Shown here: positions 40,730-52,655 of the stretch, piece by piece
Layout of the letters: every line of letters begins with the position of its first letter
Position numbering within the stretch: the stretch's first letter is position 1
Source: Antedon mediterranea
Lineage: Eukaryota > Animalia > Echinodermata
Assembly (NCBI RefSeq): GCF_964355755.1
Contig: NC_092676.1
Coordinates: forward strand, 29,964,871 to 30,028,870
Length of the DNA: 64,000 nucleotides
Reading direction: 5' to 3'
Notes under the pieces: generated by a model
Seen by the model: only the letters and a program-made list of their open reading frames with translations
What the model was told of the DNA's origin: nothing
Database searches by the model: none
Position numbers and translations under genes: made by a program

Positions 40730-41190
40730 TTTGCCGACAATTGCTGGTGTGAGTCTACAGTGGTTTACCGTTTCCTTTTCTATTGTCCTTTTCTATTGGT
40801 AAAATCTGATAAATATAGGCCTAACTGGTCATGTCAATTTTCGCTATTTATATTTTTGGATTTAATTTGACTCAATATCGTTTTTCTCTTTTGCCGAAAA
40901 CATTGCTGGTTTGATGTTATAGCCTACAGTGTGGTCTATCGTTTCTATTTTATATTGATAACATCTGGTAACTTTAAACTGGTCATGTCAAGTTTTGCTA
41001 TTTTGATTTAATTTGAATCAATTATAGCTTTTCTCTTTTGCCGAAAACATTGCTTGTTTTATGTTATAGACTACAGTTGTTTCCGTTTCCATTTATACTG
41101 AAATTTTCTATAACATCTGGTAACTTCAACTGGTCATGTCAATTTACGCTATTTTATAATTTGGATTTAATTTGAATCAATATCATTTTT
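40730..41190. repeat. Degenerate ~150-bp tandem triplication upstream of the sulfotransferase
   Basis: AACTGGTCATGTCAA recurs at ~40824, ~40977 and ~41128; TTTTGCCGA..ATTGCT..CTACAG also recurs. Confidence 0.75.
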
Positions 41191-41251
41191 CTGTATTAAA
41201 ATTAATACGCATTGATCAGAATTTTGTCTAGAAGCTTCTAATCAAGTAGCA

Positions 41252-42541
41252 ATGAAATCAACAAGAAGGTATTCATATTTTTCAATCTTGATTGTGGCCG
41301 TGTTTATATTTATTTTAATAAGAGCACCGTACGAGAACAATACAGTGGACAATAGCAGTCATTATTTCGCTAAACCCCTCCATAGGAGTTTTATAGCAAT
41401 GAGGGGACGTTTATTTTCTAAAAATAAACTTGATCCTATGAGTTTACAGCAAAATTCCAGTTTAAATGCTATAAAGCACAAAGGTATACACATCCTGGCT
41501 ATTGGACGAACAGGTTCGTCTTTCTTGGGTCAGATTATAGCACAGCATCCTCAGGTATTTTACATGTTTGAACCCGGTCGTATACTTGATAATCAACGGA
41601 AGACTCCAGATCAGAAAATTTATAAGAACCCAAAGAATTTAGTTAACTATGTTGATATGATCGCGTCTATATACCATTGTAGATTTGATAATATGAAGTC
41701 GTACTTGAAAGCAATTATGCAACTTTCTTTCAATTCGAGACTACAAGAAATTCCAGATTTAACAGAGAAAAATCTTTGTAGGCCCACTAGAGGAGTGTCT
41801 CGCCGCAAACAAAATGAGTCTTTATCTACGAAATGTGAGCCTGTCAGCCGTGAATTGACGCACAAATGTCAAAATAAAACGTTTACAGTCATCAAAACTA
41901 TTCGAATTCATAACATCACAAACTTTACCAAATTAGTAAACGACGATGATGTTGATTTTAAAATATTACATCTAATACGAGATCCACGAGGCATGATTTT
42001 GTCAAATCTCAGAGCTTGGCATAGAGATGTGATTCACGCTATGAATGAAGAACACCGTTCTCTTTTTGATGCCAACGACTTACCTTCAGAACTTTACGAG
42101 TATTTAAACAACTGGTGTAAAGATTGGATAGAAAATGCCGACTTTGGATATTCCAAGATTCCGTCATCACAATACTTGTCAGTCAGATACGAAGACATAT
42201 CACTTTCTCCAATAGAATCAGCAACAAAGATATATGCAAAGCTTGGTTTAGGTGCTCTTACAAGTGATATTATTGAATGGATTAATAACAGTACATCCGG
42301 GTATAAAGGTGGTTCGTATGCTCTTTCTCGAAATTCTACTTTGAATGCTGAGAAATGGCGTCGAAGTATGACGTATGAACTCGCTGAACGAATACAAGAA
42401 ATGGACAATTGTGGAAAGTTTATGGATGTTTTCGGTTACAAAAAGGTTAAAAGTCCCGAGGAATTGCATGATTCGAGTTTGTCATTGATTGGAAAATATT
42501 CGAAATCTTCGTTCAAAGCGCGTAAGAACCATAAACCATAA
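41252..42541 (+). CDS. Golgi carbohydrate 6-O-sulfotransferase (CHST1/3/5-like), single coding exon, 429 aa
   Basis: Type II N-terminal TM segment, 5'-PSB motif GRTGSSFLG, VFYMFEP, KTIRI, 3'-PB motif HLIRDPRG, VRYED. Confidence 0.9.
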   Translation: MKSTRRYSYFSILIVAVFIFILIRAPYENNTVDNSSHYFAKPLHRSFIAMRGRLFSKNKLDPMSLQQNSSLNAIKHKGIHILAIGRTGSSFLGQIIAQHPQVFYMFEPGRILDNQRKTPDQKIYKNPKNLVNYVDMIASIYHCRFDNMKSYLKAIMQLSFNSRLQEIPDLTEKNLCRPTRGVSRRKQNESLSTKCEPVSRELTHKCQNKTFTVIKTIRIHNITNFTKLVNDDDVDFKILHLIRDPRGMILSNLRAWHRDVIHAMNEEHRSLFDANDLPSELYEYLNNWCKDWIENADFGYSKIPSSQYLSVRYEDISLSPIESATKIYAKLGLGALTSDIIEWINNSTSGYKGGSYALSRNSTLNAEKWRRSMTYELAERIQEMDNCGKFMDVFGYKKVKSPEELHDSSLSLIGKYSKSSFKARKNHKP

Positions 42542-43474
42542 TGCAACACCCGAGAGTGCAAGTCAGCAGGACTTCGGAGGAAATACAACTGAGAGAGGGT
42601 CTTTAAAGTACTTTCTTTAGTATGCCATTAACGTAACCATCAATGGATTCTCGACGAAATGTTCACTACTAATATATAAAACATAATTAATAATATTATA
42701 CTGCAAAAAAAAATCTGTAAAATAGGCATAATTATTGATATTTAGTTAGATAGGCTAGTTCATCCCTGAGATTAGTAGAACGTTTAGAAGAAAAGTTTGA
42801 AAATTTTAATTTTTTGAAACAAATGTTTTTTCTCAAATTTTATACCCAAGGAAAGCCACACGCGACCATTAATTACATGTGCAAATTATAACCGAGACAA
42901 CAATAATACCATAATATATATATATATGATTATAAAAAGAACAATTAAGTGAGTTAACCAATCACAGATTAGTTCGGACAAATCCACTCACGTCGTGATT
43001 TGTCAAATTACTCTCGAGTCTCGACGCGCTTACGTACCTCAGTTGAATTAAATTGGCCAATGATTTGCTTTTATAAAATGTTTTTATTAGTTTTATTAAA
43101 ATTAGATCATACTGGATGTGTAGTTTTTGTTTTTTTAATGAAAAATTCTTTTGGACGTGAACGTGACAGGACACAAAGCAGACGATCGATCGTACAGTAC
43201 ACTCTTGACCAATCACAATTGACACTTCGGGATACGATGTTCATGTGATTATACGAAAGCATATCATTGGTGCGCGCAAAGGCAGCAAGAAGAATGGAGC
43301 ACGTGTGATAATGCATTGATGAAGTGTTGTTGTTGTTGTTGAAATCATACCACAAACAAGGAGAATTGTTCATACAGTAGGCCTAGCCTAGGCCCTAGTG
43401 TAAATTGATAGCACATGGTCGGTGGTTCAGGTTTTTTTTTATTCAGAGATAATATTTATATCACCATTTAAAAT

Positions 43475-46400
43475 ATGAAATTGATTAAATCTAACGATGA
43501 AAAAAACATAAAAACCTCACAAAGTCTAGGCCTAGGCCTAGAAAATCCCCCTCCGTCAGCGTCAAGAAGAGTAGTGAAAGAAACAAATCCTCGCCTTCCT
43601 GGTGGGCGGTATGGCCAGTTCCAGGTGGTAAGTACCGTAAGTAACTAGGCCTAGGCCTAGCTGGGCCCCAAAAGGCTAGTAGCTAGGGTTATAGTTCAGT
43701 AGTAATAGCTAGGTCTAGTGACTGGACTGGCTAGTAGTAGTAGTAGTAGTAGGCCCGGGCCCTAGCCTATAGGCCTAGTAGGCCTGTCACACCAAAATCA
43801 GTCCGGACCAAAATCGGACCGATTTTGGCTGCCAAAATCAGTCCGGAGGACCATTTATGGCTGCCAAAACCTGTCCGGCCGGACCAATTTTGGCCGCCAA
43901 AACTGGTCCGGCCTGGATAAAATCGGTCCGGGCAGTAGGACTGTTTTTGGCCGCCAAATATCGTCCGGTCTTACAAAATGGTGCGCAAAATGAGGTCATA
44001 ATGTATATTAAAAAAAGGCCATGATTAGTCATTATATTGAAAACTACGGGGTTTTATTTGTTATTTTAATATTATTAAGCCTGTTTTTTTTATTATCATT
44101 ATTAGTAGTAACTCATCAATAATTAGTACTAATTGTTAGGCTTTTTGTATACAATATGTATCTCTGCCTGTTTTTAATCCATTTTGTTTATTTTTAACAT
44201 CTTCGTTTCCCCATGATGTTAAAAACAATTTAATTTATTAATTATTTATGGTTAATCAATCAATATATCAATTCAATACAATTATTATAAAACAATTATC
44301 CAATATTGATTAGGCTGAGGAAGGAAAAAGGCCTCAATCATAAATAAAATCTAGCTGGCAATATCAGCGTCTCATACCCGTTCGTGTGAGTGTGTGGCAG
44401 GCCGAAATATGAGTGAACACCTTCATGTTTTTAGATAAAATACATTTATTTTATACTATAGTATTTATCCGACAAGATAACTTACTAATATATATCATGG
44501 GATATTTTTCTAGCCATAAACAACAGCATCATAGGCCTAGTAATTCAATTAAAATCGACAGAAGAAAAGCCCGGACCGATTTTGGCAGTGGCGGACTGCT
44601 TTTGGCCACAATTTTAGAGCCAAAACTGGTCCGGCCGGACCGATTTGGCCCCGGACCATATTTATCGTGACAGGCCCTAGTAGTAGTGATAGCAGTAGAA
44701 TTAAGTATTCACTATGGTAGGCCCAGCTACAATAGGTAGGCGTAGGTCGAGTAGGCCTAAATAAGCTAGGCCTAGACCAAACAATTTAAATTATTTTTTA
44801 TATTGTGATAACGTAACATTGTAAACAAATTTTTTTGCAGTATGAAATTGGTTTGTTGCAAGTGGCTGGAGCTGCATTAGTTTTACTTTTTTTCGTTTTG
44901 CTAAATATTTTACTCTCATCATCCATGAACACTGAACTGATCGTGGAAAACACTGATGATTACGCAATAACTATTCCAAAAGTCTTTTTCGAAGTATCAA
45001 ATAATTATCAGCAATCAGTAATGAAATGGCAAGATCAGTACAGTAGAGGTGTATGTCTGTTTGCAGGTCATCGTTATAAATCATCAGCTGATGACCCTTC
45101 AGTATTTTCATCTACTGTGTAAGCATGTTTATTTGTTTAATGATTTGGTTATGATTCAATCAAGCTTTTATTTTTTTATTTATTCAATTTCTGCCATATA
45201 CAATACATAGAAAAAAAAAACAAATATAAAAGGCAAGGAAAGATCAAACAGGTGCTAAACACCTATGCTAGTTGGTCAACAGAACAGAGCACAGAAATAA
45301 ACCAAAACAAAAATTAAAGCATCTAAATGTCGTTTTCTCCATCCAGGTTGGCAGTGTTACATAAAAAATAGTAATCCATGGTTGTGATATCTATATCTTA
45401 CGATGAACAGTGATTTAACAGCAAATGTCTAACATGCTAACCAATACCTCTATGCAAGTTCTAACTTTAAAATATAATTGTCTTGGGATAAAGTCCTGTC
45501 GTTATTCTGATACACACACACTTGATTTATTGAAGCTACTCAAAAGCCTTTTAGAGATCTTTTGTAATTTTATGAATGTAAAGGGATTTTGGTGACCATT
45601 AAAAAAAAAACTTGATTTTCTATCTTAAAAGGTTTCCATCAAATAGCAAGCAGCAACCATCTGTGGGCAATGGGTATTTAGCCACAGTAATCTACAGTAA
45701 CACTGTGTATGTTAACGGTCTCTACAATGGCAAGGGTACTAGTAGTCATCGTGCCAGAGTGCCATCCACTGCTGCCATCACAGCATCTCTGCAGGAATCA
45801 CCAGTATCAGCTTCTCACTTCTACATCTTGGATGTTGCAAAAGGTAATGTCAATTATACGACCTGATATATGACCCCCAGGGAGGTGCGTCATTTGTCTG
45901 TTGTACATCATACCTTATGAATACCATGATGTACCCCTGCATAAAAAAGTGACTTATCTTTAGGTGACCATGATGCACCCATTTTGATGCATTGTGACCA
46001 TGTTGTTCATGATATGGTGGTTGGTAAAGTGACGAATATTGGAGCACCATTGTTCATTGACCCTGCATCAATAATTATTTGTAAATGACGCACCCATGAT
46101 ACACCTCTCCCGGGGGTCGTATAGTGTGTCATACAATTGCATAGTGTTATCTATTATAACTATAAGTTAAATGTGTATGAAACAAAATTAAGTTAAACCT
46201 GATGATGGTTGCTTGGGTGGGTGCTGTTTTATTATTAGGCTTTGTTACAGCAGGCCTAGAATTATATTTTAGGCTGATCTGAAGGCTTTTATGGTGATTC
46301 TTTTAGTGATTTTAAAGAGGCAATGAGTTAAAACTTGTAAAGGTTGCCTCATCTCTTAGTGTCTGTTACGTGTCTGTCAAAGTTGTTTTTGAATAATGAG

Positions 46401-49400
46401 GTAGGTTTTCCCACCTCCTCTTTTTTCTCAGCACCATTAATCCATAATCTGATATATTTTTCAGGTGTGTTTGTGCACCAGATAACAACAGGTGATGTAA
46501 AGGTGAGCCATACAACGTACGCGCACCAAGTGTTGAATAGACTTCTTGTTAACCAGATTATTATCAGTAGAACAAGTAATAAATCTGATGAAGTCACCGT
46601 GAAATTGGACACAAATTCTTTACCAAATAGTACCGATATAAATTTCAAAGAAAATCCTTTAAAGGATAATATAAGGTAATTCTTCTACTTTTATGATTTT
46701 TTAAATTAAAATTAAAAAAATTAAAAATGTTATGCATCCAACAGCGAGGAGCCAATTGCAGGGTGTCTATGCCTTTTCACATTCTTTTAAAACTACTAAC
46801 ATTTGGTGGAACCAACATTTTACACAAGAGTATCAAATGTAATAATATTAAGTTTAATAAGTTCAATTTACACTCTCAGTATACTGTTCATCTAACATCA
46901 GAATTGAATAAATGTGTAGTGGTTATTTTATCAAAAGTCATTATTATTATATACAAAAAGATGAACAAAATTAGTGGGATGATTCGAACTGACTAGAATG
47001 TAAAAAGAAATTGTTATTAATTGTTATGTTTATTATAGAAGTATGCAAGGAGGAATAATTGTTCCTGAACATGACAGCACCCAAGTTGTTACAGCTTACG
47101 TCTACTGGACAGATGTCCCATCATGCATCACTTTACCGAAGGATGTTTCAGCGAGACAATACAACTTTATAACATCTATTTCAAAGACAAGTGGTGATGA
47201 GGCATATTACTTCTATACAGAAGGACTCAAAATGACTGCCAATAATGAGTTGTATCAAAACCATGTCGCTGCGTGGGAAACAAAATGGCGTAATGGGCAT
47301 ATAGACATTGACAATGTATACTTATCAAGAATAATATATAGTACCATGTATTATATATTGAGCTCACTTCCTCCTTTAAATACAACAGGCAGACTTGATT
47401 TTCCATTCTATGGGCTAGCACCTGGAGGGCTTGCCAATGGTGGGGGCAACCAGGACTACATGGGGCATGTGTTTTGGGACCAGGAGACATGGATGTACCC
47501 TCCAATTCTGTTGTTTCATCCAAACCTTGCAAAGTCGATGCTTAGTTCACGAACACGACATATAGACGCAGCAAGAAATATTGCTAAGTGTAATGGTTAC
47601 AATGGGACTATGTACCCTTGGGAAATGGCTTACTCGGGTAATAACATAATCTTAACATTTAGTATAGTTTGCAAAATTAAAAAATAGAAAAATATATAAT
47701 TATGATGATGATTTTAAATGTTTTTATCTTTAAACATTGCAGCATTTAAACATTTTTTTAATAGTAAAATATGATGATATATTTACAATTTAATGTTTTA
47801 ACTTTCAATTTTTAGGTTATGATGTCTGTCCAGACAGAACCGTTGGTAAATTTGAACAGCACGTCAATGGAGACATAGCATATGCTCTTCAACAATATGT
47901 GAGAATGACTGAAGATGTACAGTTCCTTCTTGAAGAGAATGGGTTTGATCTGGCTAAAGGTCTGGCTGAATTTTGGTATTCGAGAGTGTACAATATAAGC
48001 ATGACCAAATATGGAGTTATGGGTGAGTTTATTCAATTTTATTATAATTAAATTCTACACAATGCGTTGATTTAAGCATCTATTGAAATGAAAATATTAC
48101 AGTGACCACGTCATGAACTTATTTGATAGTATACATAAAAAAAATTAATATCAAACGACTACTATTGCACGCCATGTGACCCACAATAGTCCAATCAAGT
48201 GACAGGAATTTATTTATGTGTTATATAATATAACAATCCTCATGAACTTAGTATAAAATACATTATTCATCATGCTGTAATAAAGTAAGTGATTTATGAT
48301 GAATCTGATTAAGTTCTACAATATATTTTATACCAGCTTATTGTTTTATATTTTAAGTACCGATACTAAATTGTTGTTTTGTTTTCACAGGTGTTATGCC
48401 TCCTGATGAATATCATGAAAACGTCAATAACTCTGTATACACAAACATGGTAGCAAAAATAAGTCTGTTACTACCAAAACAATTAGCACAGATGCTTAAC
48501 ACCAGTGTGCCTGAGTGTTGGAGTGATGTTGGTAATCAAATGTACATTCCATATGATTCAAGTCTTAAGTACCACCCAGAATATGATGGCTACCAATTGG
48601 GTATAGATTATGTTCATGCTTAAATCATAGCTCATGTTTTTAATACCATTTTATAGACTATTTGAAAGTTAACACTAATATTCTTTAAACTAATTATAAT
48701 ATTCTGTCTACACTATCAAACTTTATGTGACAAAAACATGTGATGATATATATGGACATGATTATGTCATATCACTACCATATTTGGGCACATCACACTT
48801 TTTGATAGTGTAGACCATGGATTAAAGAATAGAAGGATATGCATCGACGTAAGATCAAGGGTTCCTTGACTCTCGCCGACAGACCGCGGACCGCCCACAA
48901 TGTTACAGTTTAATTAACCGCATGGTAACAACGAAACAGTCGCGTGCCTACTATATTGTTTACTGCACATGTGCAACGACATTTAACCTTGTTGGATACG
49001 CTTCTTTCGCGCGTTCTTTGGTGGCATGATGTTTGTAGATGCTATCATTGTAATCATAGTCAACTATTGACTATGTTGTAATTAGTATAGGTTTCTGCCG
49101 CGATTGATCTACGCTAATGATTTTTTATGATTAAAGTAGCATTTTATGACCTGTAGTAGCCCTACATCTGAGACAATAACTATTTGTTGTCTCATTTGTT
49201 GTAAAATTACAAAATCAGCAAGAATGCTAGCCTAGGCCCAGGCCTTATACTAGGCTAAACTGGGCTAGTAAAGCCTGTGATTTGCCGACATTGATACTGC
49301 CTAGGTAGGCCTAGGCTAATCTTAAATGTAGTAGATACAACGTATAATCATGATCTATATACTCACCGTTGTCTTACTTCTTGTGTGAATAATAATAGGT

Positions 49401-51919
49401 ACTTTGTTTGTTCGTGATTAAGTTTGCCCTGCGTGTACTTTTCAAAACGACCGCTAGGCAACGAATCGCAACTATACATAGCCAGCCAATCCCGGATAAG
49501 GGATCGCTGTTTTCATTCAATTAGGCCCGGTGATTGGATGTGATGTGGATGACATAACCACTAGCCAATCACCAGGCACTACAGTTTAAATATAATCACA
49601 TCGATAATTAAGGAGATTTATGAAGAAACCACTGCTTAGCCATATATTAAAAACACGATTGTTGTATGTGTGAACACCGGCCACGCTAACAACATACATG
49701 GTCAAATGCATAATTTAATATTCTATAGATTAACGCAATTTTTAATGACAAGATGGCAGGCAAATAATGATAATTCAAATATAAAAATTGCATATTTTAT
49801 TAATATTACCAACTACTTAAAATTACCAGTAGTAAGAAAGTGAACTTTTCGTAGTCCGATTGTGATGAAACTAAAACAGAATTATTCAGCAATATATTTT
49901 TGTTGTCAATTAATCATTGACGCAGACATGTCAATAGAACATTCAGACTGCGCATACGATTTCTACATGGTTACGTTTTGGTCTCAAAAAATGTAGCAGT
50001 TGATTCGCAGCGTTTTACAGAGGGCCGCGGTTAGAGACACGGAGTTCAATAAACGTGTTTGTTTGATTGGCAGCAGTGCTTTAGTATAGGCAAGCGCGTT
50101 GTAAAATCGTTTGATGTCACCGTCGATGCATATCCTTCTATTCTTTAATCCATGTGTAGACATAGCTTTAATGGTATTTTTCAAATTTCTTCTGAATAAG
50201 TCTCCATTTAATCCATAATGTGTGCCCAACATACTACAGAACATATCAACCGTAATTGCTGTAGGCCACCCCTGAATTTTCCTTTAGTCAAGTTTATTTT
50301 TACTTCTTTGGAATTATTTTTTGAGATAACTATTTAGTGAATATTAAATTTATTTGTCACAAACTGCCAAAGAGTGGGCGCATGGCCAACACAGGGAATT
50401 GGGAAGATATTGATAAAAAATATTTAAATAAAATGTTAGTAAAACAAAATTGTAATTTATAATAGGAACTGTTGTGAAGCAAGCAGATGCCATCCTTCTT
50501 CAGTTTCCATTGATGTATGACATGCCTGATGACGTCCAGGTCAACGACCTTCTACTGTATGAAACTTACAAGGGGAAGCCAGTGACTAACCCTGACGGTC
50601 CTGCCATGACCTGGGCAATGTTTACTATTAACTGGCTGAAACTCAAGAATTTCACTAAAGCGTATGATGTCTTCAATAAAACATTTGCCAATATACAAGA
50701 ACCATTCATGGTAAGATATTAACTGTAATGTCTTTCCAATCAAATACTTATTCAGGTTTTTGTGACATACCCCTCCTTTGGCACCCCTATTTAGGATACA
50801 CTTCTCCTCTGGCACACCCCTGTTAAGGATACACACCCCTATTAAGGGGACACGGACAACATGCAAAATATGTTTTAATATTACAGCCAACCTCTATACT
50901 TTGAGAAGGGTTTGATACTTTGTTGGGTCTCAAAAGTGATAAGGTTTCTACTGTGTGTATTGGTGTTTGTCTCAATAGGTCAGGGATAGCTTTATTATCT
51001 TCAAAAATCTAAAGCTCTGTCTACACTATCATACTAGTTTAACAAAAAAAGTGTGCTGTACACAAGCATTGTAGTAATATGCCCAAATTCGGTAGTGATA
51101 TGACATTATCATGTCCATATATGGGCACATCACATTTTTTTGTCACATAAAGTTTGATAGTGTAAACAGAGCTTAACACAAAGCTTTCATTTTTCAAAAT
51201 CTAAAATGTGGAGACTATTTTGTTTTCAAACAGACATGGACAGAGAACCCAGACGGTACCGGGGCTGTCAACTTCCAAACTGGAATGGGTGGTTTTTTAC
51301 AAACAATAACATTTGGGTTTGGTGGTATACGGATAAAATCGTGCTTAGAATTTGACTTTGTTCTACCACCAAAGTCTACAACCTTTAATATTACTGGGTT
51401 GAACTATCTTAGTTCCTCGCTGAATTTTGTAGCTCGGGAAACGTCGCTAAGCATCACTTTAACTGAAGATAACTATAGAAGCATCATTCCAAGTCTTCAG
51501 TTAATTGTATCAAAAACGGAAACTTATGATCTTAAATTAGGTGAGCCAATTATTTTTATGAATTTAGAAAATAAAACTTTTGCTTGTTGTACAGCTCACT
51601 ACTAAAGAAATACTGTTATATGGTAGTTAATAATTAGGCAAAAGCCTTACTTTTATTTACTGTAACATTAAAAAAAAACCTCAAATATGTTTTTATTTCA
51701 TTTCTAGGTAAGAAACAATAATTAATAATAAACAAATAAATTTCCAACATAATTAAAAATAGTATTTTATTAATTTTTCTCCATTGTATGATATATTTTT
51801 TAGTATTTTGTATTATTTAAATCAAAATGTGTAATAATAAATTATTTTTTCTATTTTCAGGAAAAACAGTGAAGATTGCAAGAGTTCCTGCTAGAATATG
51901 TAAAAAACAAAATGTATAA
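43475..51919 (+). CDS. PGGHG: GH65 glycosidase, PGGHG/ATHL1-like, with N-terminal membrane anchor
   Basis: VGNGYLAT, GLYNG...SHRARVPST, YYILSSLP, GLAPGGL...DYMGHVFWDQETWMYP, YPWE, EQHVNGD, VMPPDEYH, HPEYDGY, VKQADAILL, GPAMTW, GAVNFQTGMGGFLQ. Exons approximately 43475-43627, 44841-45118, 45632-45843, 46465-46675, 47039-47637, 47816-48022, 48391-48600, 50466-50710, 51234-51540 and 51861-51919. The first exon is less certain. Confidence 0.85.
43782..44675. mobile_element. Non-autonomous DNA transposon, 894 bp, with GC-rich subterminal repeats and 8-bp TSD
   Basis: Termini GCCTGTCAC/GTGACAGGC; CCTAGTAG at 43774-43781 and 44676-44683; repeated GGTCCGGCCGGACC..TTTTGGC.GCCAAAA units at both ends. 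Confidence 0.85.
45847..46143. mobile_element. MITE-like element immediately after a splice donor
   Basis: Imperfect inverted arms (ATATGACCCCCAGGGAGGTGCGTCATTT / AAATGACGCACC...CCTCTCCCGGGGGTCGTATA). Confidence 0.55.
48816..50154. mobile_element. Non-autonomous P-element-like DNA transposon, 1339 bp, nested in a MITE
   Basis: Perfect 34-bp TIRs CATGGATTAAAGAATAGAAGGATATGCATCGACG; TSD TGTAGAC at 48809-48815 and 50155-50161; it splits the right TIR of the MITE that starts at ~48702. Confidence 0.88.
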
Positions 51920-52655
51920 CATTTATTAAGAAGCAGATGTTATTTTAAATTTCTTTAGAACTGCTTCATAATGAACAATGTCTTTCATTTACTAAATTTG
52001 TATCAATGGCCACCTGTTGCTGCAGGGTTTAGTGTCAATGGCCACCTGTTGCTGCAGGGTTTAGTGTCAGATGTAGATCTTTATTTTTACTGTATTTATA
52101 TTATATCAATAGAAAGCAACAACATTATTTATAATAAAACTTATTTTGTCGCTATGGCTTCTTGTGTGCAGTGCTTATTCACTACGAGGTTGATATTCAA
52201 TGCAAAATATGTTATTTCTAATTATTTTAAATTTTTTTAAAATATAAATTCATATAAAATTGTTTCAACGTGTATTTTTCACCTTCATGAAAAACGAAAA
52301 TTTGATTTCAAAAATAAATTCATATAAAAATACAAATTCTATTGTAATTAAAATATTTCATTTTGGAATGTTTGACACATTTAAGTAAATTGAAGACATT
52401 TAGGCTTTTTCTAAACTTTCACACCCAAGTAAGTACAATGGTAGTTAGATAATATTTACACATTAAACAATCAAAACTGAAATTCTCACTCCGATGTCTT
52501 AAACATTTTATGTATAATTAATGCTTTATAATACTGTATTTAATTCAATAATTTACTAAAATGTTAAGGTTTAAGTTAAAATATTTGGTTAATAATTTGC
52601 ATTTGCACATGGCAATCAAAAGGGAAAAAGAAAAATCACAATATGTTCATCAGTT

